DNA of 64,000 nucleotides. Source: a virus. The position numbers and the translations under genes are program-made. The notes under the pieces are model-generated. The model saw only the letters and a program-made list of their open reading frames with translations, had not been told where the DNA came from and did no database searches. This document shows positions 46,134-55,146 of this stretch, one piece after another. Position 1 is the first letter of the stretch, and each line of letters starts with the position of its first letter. The DNA lies in IMG/VR virus record IMGVR_UViG_3300005288_000001, positions 108,502 to 172,501 of that record, one strand, 5' to 3'.

Positions 46134-46790
46134 TTAGAAACCCATACCGAGTCGAAAGATCTTACGCTGCTTAATGAATTCAGGTATCCAATCTTTAGCC
46201 TTTTCGATAAAGATCAGAGGCTCAGGTTCATCATCCACACCCATGACGATAACGATGTTCGGTATTTTAACACCGGTTCTTTCCTCATAGGCAAGAGCGT
46301 AAGCGCCGCATTGCGCAAAGTAATTACCAATTTCGTCTCGTCGTTTAAGGCGGCGTGACGTCTTCCAGTCAATTATACTAGGAATTTGATCGAAGTCAGC
46401 TATTAAATCAACCGTACCCGCAACTCTAAGAATGTCGGAGTATAAACGCTGTTCCACACAACGGATATTGTCAATGCGATCGAGGGACTTTCGCATGGCC
46501 ACAAACATATCTTTATCAAAGACACTTGGTTGGGCAGTTCGATTGAACAGCACATCTTCCAGAAGACCATGCATACGTGTACCTCGCGCGGCAGCACGGG
46601 CACTAATGATCTTTGCTTCCTCAGGGCCGACCTTACGGACCCAATCGTCTAGCCAGGGATTGTCACCGAAGCCTAGAACTGTAGTAACACTTGGATAAAC
46701 ATAACCCTCCGGCGTTATATAGACGCGACCGTTAGGTCTATTATCTTGAACGAGGTCCGGCATTTGGACCGGAGGTAAATGTGTGTACAT
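46134..46790 (-). CDS. PD-(D/E)XK exonuclease
   Basis: YPSVTTVL; RGTRMH; AGTVDLIA..IIDWKTS; Q..AY. Confidence 0.88.
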   Translation of the reverse strand: MYTHLPPVQMPDLVQDNRPNGRVYITPEGYVYPSVTTVLGFGDNPWLDDWVRKVGPEEAKIISARAAARGTRMHGLLEDVLFNRTAQPSVFDKDMFVAMRKSLDRIDNIRCVEQRLYSDILRVAGTVDLIADFDQIPSIIDWKTSRRLKRRDEIGNYFAQCGAYALAYEERTGVKIPNIVIVMGVDDEPEPLIFIEKAKDWIPEFIKQRKIFRLGMGF

Positions 46791-46792
46791 GG

Positions 46793-47407
46793 TTACTCGG
46801 TGAGGTAGCTGATAGCTGTATTATAACGCTCAATACGATCGTCCAGGCCGTTTGTTCCACCGTTGATACGACGCGTTAATGCTTCTACGTCGCCAGTGTC
46901 AGCAACCGCATTGAGATTGTTTACTGTCCAATACCAACAAGCACTGCGCAAGGCATACTCGGGCATTTCAAGTAGCTCAGGATTGTCAAGCAAACGATCA
47001 TCCTCAAAGAGGAATTGAGAGCACTGGTAATAGTTGTTTCGGCCGGTCACTTGAAGGATACCACGACCGCGGAACTTCCAACCCTCGCCGGATGCTTCAT
47101 CACCATTACCCATTCGGTTCGCGTACACACGCGAGGCAATTGCCTGAGGCTTACGAGCATATTGCTGTGCCGTAGATTGGTTGAAATACTTGCGGAAGGT
47201 ATTCAGGAGTCCGGTAGCACCGTAGTTCAGGTTCTCGGACATGGCACGATAATCCATTGACTCGTGTGCCGTTTGGCTTAGGAACGCTGCGATGCGTTCT
47301 GGTGTGGCAATTCCGTATTCAGGAAGAACCGTTGCCAACAACATGGCCCAGTTTTCTGGATCAGTGTTGTTTGGCATTACATGCGAGATAAGATCAGTCG
47401 TAATCAT
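46793..47407 (-). CDS. GH19 endolysin
   Basis: AAFLSQTAHES..ENLNY..YANRMGNG..FRGRG.LQ.TG..TRRINGG.NGL.DR; start at MITTDL. Confidence 0.92.
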   Translation of the reverse strand: MITTDLISHVMPNNTDPENWAMLLATVLPEYGIATPERIAAFLSQTAHESMDYRAMSENLNYGATGLLNTFRKYFNQSTAQQYARKPQAIASRVYANRMGNGDEASGEGWKFRGRGILQVTGRNNYYQCSQFLFEDDRLLDNPELLEMPEYALRSACWYWTVNNLNAVADTGDVEALTRRINGGTNGLDDRIERYNTAISYLTE

Positions 47408-47441
47408 AAAAAAGCCCCGTAGAGTTACGAGGCTATTTATG
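47408..47441 (-). promoter_or_regulatory. Late-promoter variant CATAAATA plus a hairpin over the endolysin RBS
   Basis: CATAAAT-AGCCTCGTA-ACTC-TACGGGGCT-TTTTT-ATG. Confidence 0.7.
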
Positions 47442-47444
47442 TCA

Positions 47445-48218
47445 TTACGGAACGTCAGGGTGTGATTCGCACGCAATAATCCAGGACTTTACCAAGCTTG
47501 ATCGCACGATATCGTCAGGTGTGAAAGTGATACGCGAAAACTCACTCATCTTATTGGCCACGTCAAGGAACAAACGTAGACCGGATACGTCGTTACGACT
47601 CTTCACCAAGTCATTCTGCTTCAAGTCACCAACGAAGATAATCTTCGAGCGGTCACCGGTACGCGAAATAACCGTTGAGAGTTCGTGGAATGTCATAGAC
47701 TGACACTCGTCAACGACCACAATGGCCGAGTCAAAAGTTACACCACGCAATGCTGTCGTCGAAATGAATCGAACGAAGTGCTGTTCCTTAAGACGTTCAT
47801 AAGCGTCTTTTCGTTGGAATAGCGTAGCGAAGATATCGTGGTATGGGGCTTCGTAAATCTCCATCTTCTCGTTAATGTCACCAGGCATAAAGCCTTGGTC
47901 TCGGACTTGAACAGCAGAACGTACAATGACGATTTCCTTGTAAGGCGTGTCGCGGGACATGACGTCTTCGATAGCACGATACAGGCTCAGGAAGGTTTTA
48001 CCAACCCCCGGAGAGCCCAGTAGCGCCATGAAGTAATCGCCTCGCTTATACGCCTCAAAGAACTTGCCTTGATTTGCTGTCAGCGGCTCAAAAGTCTGTA
48101 GATGATCGAGCTTCATTTTCAACGCATTACTGGTAACCTGGGAGTTAACAGGACGGTTGAAATCAGCGGAACGGTTTTCACCGTCTTCGTAGACTTTTTG
48201 GTTGCGCTTTGTGGCCAT
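47445..48218 (-). CDS. phoH: PhoH-family ATPase
   Basis: PLTANQ; GSPGVGKT; GFMPG; LRGVTF..VVVDECQ; GDLKQND; DIVRS. Confidence 0.93.
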   Translation of the reverse strand: MATKRNQKVYEDGENRSADFNRPVNSQVTSNALKMKLDHLQTFEPLTANQGKFFEAYKRGDYFMALLGSPGVGKTFLSLYRAIEDVMSRDTPYKEIVIVRSAVQVRDQGFMPGDINEKMEIYEAPYHDIFATLFQRKDAYERLKEQHFVRFISTTALRGVTFDSAIVVVDECQSMTFHELSTVISRTGDRSKIIFVGDLKQNDLVKSRNDVSGLRLFLDVANKMSEFSRITFTPDDIVRSSLVKSWIIACESHPDVP

Positions 48219-48254
48219 TAGATTCCTTGCAGTTGAGTTAAGAACTACCAACAA

Positions 48255-48497
48255 TTATCGCATATTCTTATTGAGTACAGACCCGTGTGTTCCCTTATGG
48301 ATATGCTGCATGATTTCTCGGAAGTCACCGTTTTGACGACGAACACCCAGTTGAACAGGATCTCCAATTGCAACCGCCGTGATGTGGCATTGTTCCAGCT
48401 GGGGATTATCCGCTTTGTATTTGTCGAGTTCAGAAATCCTGAGCATTACCTCAGTGACTTCTTGGGTTTCTTTATTAAGAAAATTGTAAGTAGGCAT
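48255..48497 (-). CDS. FmdB-like small protein
   Basis: MPTYNF.NKET.E...ISELD.Y..DNP.L; commonly upstream of phoH in T4-like phages. Confidence 0.7.
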   Translation of the reverse strand: MPTYNFLNKETQEVTEVMLRISELDKYKADNPQLEQCHITAVAIGDPVQLGVRRQNGDFREIMQHIHKGTHGSVLNKNMR

Positions 48498-48508
48498 ACG
48501 TTTACTTA

Positions 48509-48988
48509 TTACAGCTCTAGTTCAAGCAACCTAACGAGCTCTTTACAGGATGGCATATCACCCTTCCACTGGAGGGCTTCACCTTCGTTCCAACGAAAGT
48601 TAATACAATTGACAGCGTTATCGTCAATCAGCAAGACGTTCGGCTCGGCGAACTTACCCTTGGATTCACCGCAATGGGTAAAGTTTCTCTTCCACTTGAT
48701 TCCGTAGTGGTCTAGCCACACTGCCTTCTGGCGAGTAGCCTCGTCGTAGATCTCTTGCTTGTAGCTTCCGCCAGAAGAAAGAATCTCCACCTTCACATCA
48801 GGCCACTCAAACTGATATTCCGTCAGAATCTTGATGAGGTTCTGTGCCAGTGATAGCATCGGAAGCTCTTCAAAGACCTTGTGGGTCAAAACCATCTGGC
48901 GAAATGTAGTGTTAGGAAGGTGCTTGATGTGACTGTAGTAGTCAGCCAAGACACCATCCATGTCAACGTAGATGGTGTGATATCTCAT
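48509..48988 (-). CDS. HAD-family (5'-nucleotidase-like) phosphatase
   Basis: IYVDMDGVLAD; K..WL; LLIDD. Confidence 0.85.
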   Translation of the reverse strand: MRYHTIYVDMDGVLADYYSHIKHLPNTTFRQMVLTHKVFEELPMLSLAQNLIKILTEYQFEWPDVKVEILSSGGSYKQEIYDEATRQKAVWLDHYGIKWKRNFTHCGESKGKFAEPNVLLIDDNAVNCINFRWNEGEALQWKGDMPSCKELVRLLELEL

Positions 48989-49578
48989 TAGATCTTGCTA
49001 TCGAAGTCGCCCTTACGGAGCGAACGGGTGTAGGTGGAGTTGGACGCGAAGGCTTCCATCGATCCCGAGGCCGAAGCTACGAAGTTCTTCACACCCTTTG
49101 CGGCGAACGAGTACTGCTGAGCAGTGGCGAAAGCATCCTGGTTAGCAGCCTGAAACACGAATTCCCAACCAAGGTTCTGAGCCATCGAGGTCATTCCCTT
49201 GACACGGTCAGCCGAGTAGTTCTTCGAAGAGTTCTCGCCACCGTCGGTGATGATGGTAACGATGACCAGCTGAGCCCACTTCTCCTTGGCGATACGCTTG
49301 GACTGAGCTTCCAGAGTCTGACCGATACCGTCGTTCAGCGCCGTGTTACCACGAGGGACGAACGTATTGTGTTCCAGAAAAGGAACTTCCTTAACAGCCA
49401 CGGCTTCATAGACCGTTTCGACGATGTCATCGAATTGGACGTAGGTCACGCGAGCTTCTCCTTCTTCTGCTTGGTGGTCACGAAGCGACTTGTTATATCC
49501 TTCGATAACCGAAGAACGAATGGAGCCCATCGAACCCGAGCGGTCGACGATGTAAATGAGTTCGGTACGGAGTGTCAT
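48988..49578 (-). CDS. von Willebrand factor A domain protein
   Basis: MIDAS DRSGSM; PRGNTALND; IITDGGENSS. Confidence 0.9.
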   Translation of the reverse strand: MTLRTELIYIVDRSGSMGSIRSSVIEGYNKSLRDHQAEEGEARVTYVQFDDIVETVYEAVAVKEVPFLEHNTFVPRGNTALNDGIGQTLEAQSKRIAKEKWAQLVIVTIITDGGENSSKNYSADRVKGMTSMAQNLGWEFVFQAANQDAFATAQQYSFAAKGVKNFVASASGSMEAFASNSTYTRSLRKGDFDSKI

Positions 49579-50420
49579 AGTTCTATTACTTTCAGTTTGA
49601 AGTTCTTTGCGGATTCCTCATGACCCTCATATCCGCGAGGGTTGCACACAACTCGTGTGTCGTGGACTTGGTAATCAAACTCGAAGTGAGTATGACCATG
49701 AGTCCATAGCTTAATGTTCCGATGTCGGTCCATGAGCAGTTCAAGGTCGCTGTGGTAAGCTCCGTTGGAATGCTTTTCGTGGGCAAACGAAGAATGCACG
49801 CTACGGAAGCTTGGCGAGTGGTGACCAATAACGATTGTTGGCTCGCCTAGATCAGCAGCCTTCCCAATGCTGATACGGGTCTGGATGTGTTCCTTGAGCG
49901 TATCAGCCGGCGTCAGCAGGTTCTTGGCACCATAGGTTCGATCATACGGATGAATGACTGGCGGGTAACGAGTATCCTCGATCACTCGATAGTCGTTCGT
50001 GTACGTCTTACAGATGGCCATCGTGACCGGGTCCTGGTAGTTGAAATCGGACCACAGCGTAGACCCGAAAACAACATACTCCCTAAAGTGGACATACTCT
50101 TTATCGAGCAGGATCACATTGTGGAAGTTATTCCGGGTGAGGAACTCACGAATCTGCTTCGCCGATTCAGGGAAGTCTCCATGATAATGCTCGTGGTTTC
50201 CCATGACGTACATTACCTGAGTAAACTCCGCCGACACATTAGCGAAGAATTCGGTGAACCTCTTACGAAGTTTACGTGACTCGGCATCGGTCTTGCGTTC
50301 AGGAAGAACCGTTGCCAACATGATGTCACCTGAAAGAATCAGGAGGTCAACGTCACCAGGATTCTTCAGTACAATTTGTGCAAACTCCAGATGGAGGTCC
50401 GATGCGAGTGCGATTTTCAT
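49575..50420 (-). CDS. Calcineurin-like metallophosphoesterase
   Basis: SDLHLE, GD, GNHE, HH.P, HGHTH, NPRGY. Confidence 0.92.
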   Translation of the reverse strand: MKIALASDLHLEFAQIVLKNPGDVDLLILSGDIMLATVLPERKTDAESRKLRKRFTEFFANVSAEFTQVMYVMGNHEHYHGDFPESAKQIREFLTRNNFHNVILLDKEYVHFREYVVFGSTLWSDFNYQDPVTMAICKTYTNDYRVIEDTRYPPVIHPYDRTYGAKNLLTPADTLKEHIQTRISIGKAADLGEPTIVIGHHSPSFRSVHSSFAHEKHSNGAYHSDLELLMDRHRNIKLWTHGHTHFEFDYQVHDTRVVCNPRGYEGHEESAKNFKLKVIEL

Positions 50421-50574
50421 TCAGGTTTCCGGTCGAGCGTTAGGATAATTGCAATGATCCATCCCAGCACATCCAATCGCGTAGGCGAAAAGAGACAGGT
50501 GACAGCATTGAAAATCAACGTTCCCATAACGATGTAATGGAACGTTGCGCCGTTGAAGAAGTCTTTGAGCTTGT

Positions 50575-50727
50575 TCACAGCAAGTACTTCGTGACGAGGA
50601 ATTCAGCCGTCAGGTACCAAGACCAGAGAGGGATGAAGATTGCGAAGAAGGTTGACCAAAATCCCTTAGCCAGGAAAATACCAATAATCCAAGCCGGGAA
50701 AGTAATCAACGCGACAATACCTTTCAT
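50575..50727 (-). CDS. 50-aa membrane protein (not in ORF track)
   Basis: MKGIVALITFPAWIIGIFLAKGFWSTFFAIFIPLWSWYL...; AAGGA RBS. Confidence 0.6.
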   Translation of the reverse strand: MKGIVALITFPAWIIGIFLAKGFWSTFFAIFIPLWSWYLTAEFLVTKYLL

Positions 50728-50973
50728 GTTTATCCTTTGTTAGTTTACTCCAAGCTCAATTATACGGCACGGTACTCCCTCGCGCTTAGAATGATTTGAA
50801 CTGCTCTTGGACTTTGATTGCGGGCGTTTGAAGGCCGGTTGGCCGCCGCTAAGGGGTTGGCCCGCCTAGCGGTTTTCAGGGGCTTGGCGGGGCTTGTAGG
50901 GGCCTTCATGCGGCTTCGCCGGGCCGGTTTTAGCGCCGCCCGGTGAAAACCTGATCAGGATGCTGAATGCGAG

Positions 50974-50993
50974 AAAGCCCCCGAAGGGGCGTT
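50974..50993 (-). terminator. Intrinsic terminator closing the secreted-protein cassette
   Basis: GCCCC-TTCG-GGGGC-TTT. Confidence 0.7.
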
Positions 50994-51009
50994 CCCGGAG
51001 CCGACCGAA

Positions 51010-51678
51010 TTACTTGGGCATGCGGCGGGCGATGTTGGGGTCGTTCAGATCAGCACCGATCCAACGGAGCTTCTCTTCGTCGCGCATACCAGCCAGCTTG
51101 TTTCGCTGATCGGCGGTGCCCGAGATTGCCTGGAGGTTCTGCAGGTCCTTGGCTTCCTGGACGGCCGTACGAACCGAAGGTGGCGCCGAACTGATCTGGG
51201 TCCGCGTTCCATCCGGGCAAGGACGCTTCAGCTTGTCCATTGCTTCCTTGCCCGCAGCCATTCCGCACAGCAGGGCAACGTACAACTCTTCGTCCTTCGA
51301 GAGGGCCGCGAAGTTCATCAGGTTCAGGGAAACGCAGTCCGAGAGGGACTTCGCACCGCCGATGGAAACGGCACCACCCATCGCTCCGACAGCGACGCCA
51401 CCGGTGGCACCGCAATTGAAGCTGCCGCTGGCGACGGCCATGCCCGGCAGGAATGCCTGGCCGACGGTCTTGACGCCACCGCTCTGGTGGACTTCGGTCT
51501 GTGTGACCGTTGGGTTCGCGGCTGTGCCACCCGTTCCGCCTGTGTAGACGTTGATGGGGGCGGTCTGGGCAATTGCCGATGCCTGACCGGTGCCTGTGGA
51601 ATTGGACTCGACTTGGGCGAACGCGCCGAAGGAAGCCGAAAGGGCGATGGCCAGCAGGCCAAGCTTGATTTTGTTCAC
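51010..51678 (-). CDS. Secreted protein with four Cys and a Gly-rich hairpin
   Basis: Sec signal MNKIKLGLLAIALSASFGAFA; FNCGATGGVAVGAMGGAVSIGGAKSLSDC..ALLC..PC. Confidence 0.8.
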   Translation of the reverse strand: MNKIKLGLLAIALSASFGAFAQVESNSTGTGQASAIAQTAPINVYTGGTGGTAANPTVTQTEVHQSGGVKTVGQAFLPGMAVASGSFNCGATGGVAVGAMGGAVSIGGAKSLSDCVSLNLMNFAALSKDEELYVALLCGMAAGKEAMDKLKRPCPDGTRTQISSAPPSVRTAVQEAKDLQNLQAISGTADQRNKLAGMRDEEKLRWIGADLNDPNIARRMPK

Positions 51679-51702
51679 GTATCTCTCCGGGAAGGATTGG
51701 AA

Positions 51703-51724
51703 GGCTCGGGCCGAAGCCCGAGCG
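51703..51724 (-). terminator. Intergenic stem-loop between the two secreted-protein genes
   Basis: GCTCGGGC-TTCG-GCCCGAGC, with only a short U-tail. Confidence 0.7.
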
Positions 51725-51746
51725 GTGTACTGAAGGCCGAGTTGGA

Positions 51747-52421
51747 TTACGGCGTGTTGGAGATGACCGCGCCCGACTTGGAAGTCGCCGAGGCATTCGC
51801 AGCCGCCTCGTTCACGACGTCAACCACACCCGAGCCCCAGGTGAACTGGGTCGTGGGAGTCGTGCCTGCCAGGGCAGCAGCCGAGGTCGTCGCGCTGGCC
51901 GTGTCGTTGAACACTCCGCCCTGGGCAGCGCTCGCCGTGGCCACGTAGCCACCCACAGCACCGACCTTCACGTACGCACCACCGTTGGTTCCGGTGCCAG
52001 CCGCCGTCGAGGAGATCGACTCGGCATTGCCCGTTGCGCTGCCCGAGATTCCGGTCGGACCGGCCATCGAGAAGCTCTTCGAGCCGTCGACCGAAGCGGT
52101 GGAGGTGCCGTTGGCACCCGCAGCGCCGGTTCCGGTGCCCGTGGAGTAGTTCAGGGCGAGCGACGTGGAGGTCGTCTGCACGCCACCGGCCACGTAGGCG
52201 GAGCCGGTGTGCGAACCGTACTGGCCACCTTGTTGGCTCGAATCGCTGATGCCGACGGCGGAAGCGGACTGGTTGTTGTAGGCGATGGAAGCCGAGAGGC
52301 CACCACCGGTGCCCGAATACGCCGTGGCGCCCGATGTGCTGTTGGTAGCGACCTGTGCCGAAGCGAGGCCGACGAATGCCAGAGCGGCGAGCAGCGATGC
52401 GAGCTTGAAAGTCTTCTTCAT
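51747..52421 (-). CDS. Secreted low-complexity A/G/S/T-rich protein
   Basis: Sec signal MKKTFKLASLLAALAFVGLASA; mature region has few charged residues and no Cys. Confidence 0.85.
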   Translation of the reverse strand: MKKTFKLASLLAALAFVGLASAQVATNSTSGATAYSGTGGGLSASIAYNNQSASAVGISDSSQQGGQYGSHTGSAYVAGGVQTTSTSLALNYSTGTGTGAAGANGTSTASVDGSKSFSMAGPTGISGSATGNAESISSTAAGTGTNGGAYVKVGAVGGYVATASAAQGGVFNDTASATTSAAALAGTTPTTQFTWGSGVVDVVNEAAANASATSKSGAVISNTP

Positions 52422-52536
52422 TACGAAACTCCTAGAATTACCACCCTAGAATTACGCTAGGTCGTTTTTCCACCACCCGATGGAATTACTTTAGTTGGTT
52501 AGGCTTTTAGTTACCCAAACCGCCTTTAGTAACGTA

Positions 52537-52565
52537 ATTTTAGCTACCTATCAAATAAATTAAAA
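52537..52565 (-). promoter_or_regulatory. Early-type promoter TTTTAA-N17-TAAAAT
   Basis: Matches the GGC-TTTWWT-N17-TATAAT family seen at 60-64 kb. Confidence 0.65.
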
Positions 52566-52603
52566 GCCCAATTTGAATTTTTTTCAAACGAGCTCTTATG
52601 GTG

Positions 52604-52628
52604 AAAAGGGCGCTTGAGGCGCCCTTAT
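52604..52628 (-). terminator. Intrinsic terminator
   Basis: AAGGGCGC-CTCAA-GCGCCCTTTT. Confidence 0.7.
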
Positions 52629-52646
52629 ATAAGTGAGGTTGAAAGC

Positions 52647-52865
52647 CTATACTTCGTCAGGAAAGTCCTGACGGTATTCACAAACAACGATTCGGCAAAG
52701 TTCGTCCGTACACTCGGTTAGAGTTTTGAACGGGCCTTGAAGTTTGCCTTCGTAGAAAAACGGTACACCAAAGAAAGTGGTGACCCGCGTAGGAGTCCAC
52801 TCGCCGTCAGCGTCTTGAACCAACCACCACTTTTTGAACATATAATCTTTCTTAGTCTTTTCCAA
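52647..52865 (-). CDS. Hypothetical protein
   Basis: ORF between two hairpins; start uncertain. Confidence 0.5.
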   Translation of the reverse strand: MEKTKKDYMFKKWWLVQDADGEWTPTRVTTFFGVPFFYEGKLQGPFKTLTECTDELCRIVVCEYRQDFPDEV

Positions 52866-52901
52866 AGGGCTCTCGGATGAAAGCCCTTCAGGAAATACTA
52901 T

Positions 52902-54131
52902 TTATTTCTTCGCAGTCGCGGCCGCACCTTGGATACCCAGGTCGACACCGAGTTGCTTCGCAGAACGAGCGGTCATCATGTCGATCAGAGCCGAGGCAGA
53001 GTTGCCACCAGCGTCACCCGACTTACCCATGACAACAGCCGGAGACCAGGCGCCAGGTTGAGCCTTCTGGATGGCTTCAGCGTACATCGCATTCACACGA
53101 ATCACAGCGTCCAACTTCTTGTCGAGCTGACCGTCGGCGTCCATCACGAGCTGCTTACGCTTCGCTTCACCTTCACCGCGCAGGATTTCGGCCTTCTTGA
53201 ACGCTTCAGCTTCCTTCACAGAAGCATCAGCAATCGTCACACGAGCCTGAGCATCAGCGATAGTCTTGGCGTTGAGCGTTTCCTGTTCCCACTTCGCCTT
53301 GGCAGCATTCGCCTGTCCCTGTGCCGTAGCGGTAAGAGCGTCCTGTTCTGCCTTCTTCACGTTGGCAGCACCGACGGCAACCTGATTCGTAGCTTGCTGT
53401 TGCTCACGAATCTGGGATTCAACGCGGTCTTCGTAGCGGAAGCCTGAGATCGTCAGCGGCAGCATTTGGACTGCATACTTCTGAACGTACGACTCCTGGG
53501 CGCGAACCGGAATGCCCTTTTCGTCCTTGACGATTTCGGTAAGAGTCAGGTCCTTCTCGACACCGTCGATTCCCTTGGTTTTGACCGTCTTGGCAAGCGT
53601 CTTGTACACGCCATGGAGGGTTTGGTCATTGACGATCTGAAGCAGCTCGTTACGACGGCCGGCAGCAGATTCGAACGAGGTCATCGTCGGACCCGAGAAC
53701 GTTGCGGCCAGTTCCATGGAACGACGGATTGCCTGCATTTCGAACGCTTCAGGGCTACGGAAGTCGCGGTGGATTTCGATGACCGATTTCGGGTCGGTTG
53801 GCATCATCCAGGAAATCGAACCGTTCAGAATAGCGTTGCCGCCGTCGTAGAAGCGGATGCCAAGACCCGGCGACTTTGCAGTTTCGTGGTCGTCCTTACC
53901 ACCAGTGACGAAGCGGAACTCGCTACGACGTGGATACTTCGTAACAGTGCCGAAGCCTTGCCACGACCAGCCAGGTTCGGTGACGACTCGCATCGAACCG
54001 CTGACGCTTTGGATCACCATCAACTCGCTCGAGTCGAGGTTTTCGAAGAGCATCGGCAGCGAGATCAGGGTGGCCACCGTGAGGACACCAGCAATGGCAA
54101 CACCTGCAATTTTACCGGGAGTGAGAATCAT
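52902..54131 (-). CDS. SPFH/band-7 family membrane protein
   Basis: N-terminal TM, VIQSVSG..PG..WQGFG, long A/E/K coiled coil. Confidence 0.8.
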   Translation of the reverse strand: MILTPGKIAGVAIAGVLTVATLISLPMLFENLDSSELMVIQSVSGSMRVVTEPGWSWQGFGTVTKYPRRSEFRFVTGGKDDHETAKSPGLGIRFYDGGNAILNGSISWMMPTDPKSVIEIHRDFRSPEAFEMQAIRRSMELAATFSGPTMTSFESAAGRRNELLQIVNDQTLHGVYKTLAKTVKTKGIDGVEKDLTLTEIVKDEKGIPVRAQESYVQKYAVQMLPLTISGFRYEDRVESQIREQQQATNQVAVGAANVKKAEQDALTATAQGQANAAKAKWEQETLNAKTIADAQARVTIADASVKEAEAFKKAEILRGEGEAKRKQLVMDADGQLDKKLDAVIRVNAMYAEAIQKAQPGAWSPAVVMGKSGDAGGNSASALIDMMTARSAKQLGVDLGIQGAAATAKK

Positions 54132-54376
54132 TTGAATTTTCCGTTCATTTTCGATTGAACCTTCTCCGCTACGGAGTTTAGGCGATTTTGGATATCAGCG
54201 ATTTCGGCCGCTTCTTCCAGCTTGTCTTCCAAGTCACTCAGGGCCTTCTTGGTAGAAGAGTTCCTGAACAATGGAAACCAGGGTGTCCCGTTAATAGTCG
54301 GGAGCAGAATTTGGGTAACGAAAGTCGTCACAACGACGACCGCTACCAGAATGAGGATAATTGAGAGAAGCATCAT
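54128..54376 (-). CDS. Small TM plus coiled-coil protein (SPFH partner)
   Basis: Hydrophobic N-terminus; ATGA-coupled to the SPFH gene. Confidence 0.65.
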   Translation of the reverse strand: MMLLSIILILVAVVVVTTFVTQILLPTINGTPWFPLFRNSSTKKALSDLEDKLEEAAEIADIQNRLNSVAEKVQSKMNGKFK

Positions 54377-54597
54377 TTCTTAGTTACAGCTTTTTGGCTC
54401 ACGTTAGCCGTAATATAACCCGTAAATACCATCGTTACTAATGCTATGTAACTATTTTCACTAAGAATATCAACCTTCAGCGCGCGGCCAATTAGATATG
54501 CCAGAGTGTTGGTTACAAGGATGAAAGCGACGAGTAGAAACTTACGGGACTTGAAGGGATTGTATTTCTCAACAACCTCAGTTTCTACTTCGTCCAT
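54373..54597 (-). CDS. Small two-TM protein (holin-like SRKF motif)
   Basis: MDEVETEVVEKYNPFKSRKFLLVAF..YITANVSQK. Confidence 0.55.
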   Translation of the reverse strand: MDEVETEVVEKYNPFKSRKFLLVAFILVTNTLAYLIGRALKVDILSENSYIALVTMVFTGYITANVSQKAVTKK

Positions 54598-54971
54598 TAG
54601 GCGCGCAGAGAGTCGGCAGCGGCAGCAAACACTTCCAGAACTGGCTGCTTGTTGTTCCGGCTGTCGTTGAACGTAACGATGCAACCGTAAGTCGATTCAC
54701 TCAGCTTGTGATCCGCAGACTTAATGTCCAGAGCGCGATGTGCGGCGTAACGAGCTTGATCTGTATAGCCGAGAGCAGTTTGTGCAGCCTGAACTGCGCC
54801 GACCGAACAGAACGTACATGCCTTTGGGTGTTCTACGTCGACCGATTGTCCGCTCGAGAGACGGGCTTCAGCACCCTTTCCCCATACGGTAGGAATCATG
54901 AGGGCGACCATTGCCGCTTCCAGAATATCAGCAGCTTGGTTACGGATAGTTGCTTGGGAGAGTTTTGCCAT
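54597..54971 (-). CDS. Hypothetical protein (W.KG..FC..GA..FND pattern)
   Basis: Motif order loosely resembles the 57.8-59.0 kb triplet. Confidence 0.6.
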   Translation of the reverse strand: MAKLSQATIRNQAADILEAAMVALMIPTVWGKGAEARLSSGQSVDVEHPKACTFCSVGAVQAAQTALGYTDQARYAAHRALDIKSADHKLSESTYGCIVTFNDSRNNKQPVLEVFAAAADSLRA

Positions 54972-55146
54972 AATTTACTTTCAGAAGTTTATTGAGGGGA
55001 AGTCACAAGTATACGCTACAGCTTAGGAACAACTGGCTAGATGCTCCGCCGGGTAATACTTGGTAAAATAGTGGAACAGCCCTTTACTTCTACTTTACAG
55101 GGGCGCATAATAGCGGTGTGGTGTTTGAAGGATGGACTGAATACCA

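Noticed and set aside
46134-46790. Possible Cas4/CRISPR association
   Set aside because: There is no four-Cys Fe-S motif and no repeat-spacer array in the window; it is a common T4-like exonuclease.
51050-51948. Overlapping alternative-frame ORFs in the secreted-protein cassette
   Set aside because: These are expected in GC-rich, codon-biased sequence; the translations are R/P-rich with no RBS.
54980-55146. Possible tRNA or ncRNA in the intergenic gap
   Set aside because: No cloverleaf or T-loop; it looks like a promoter region with at most a short ORF.
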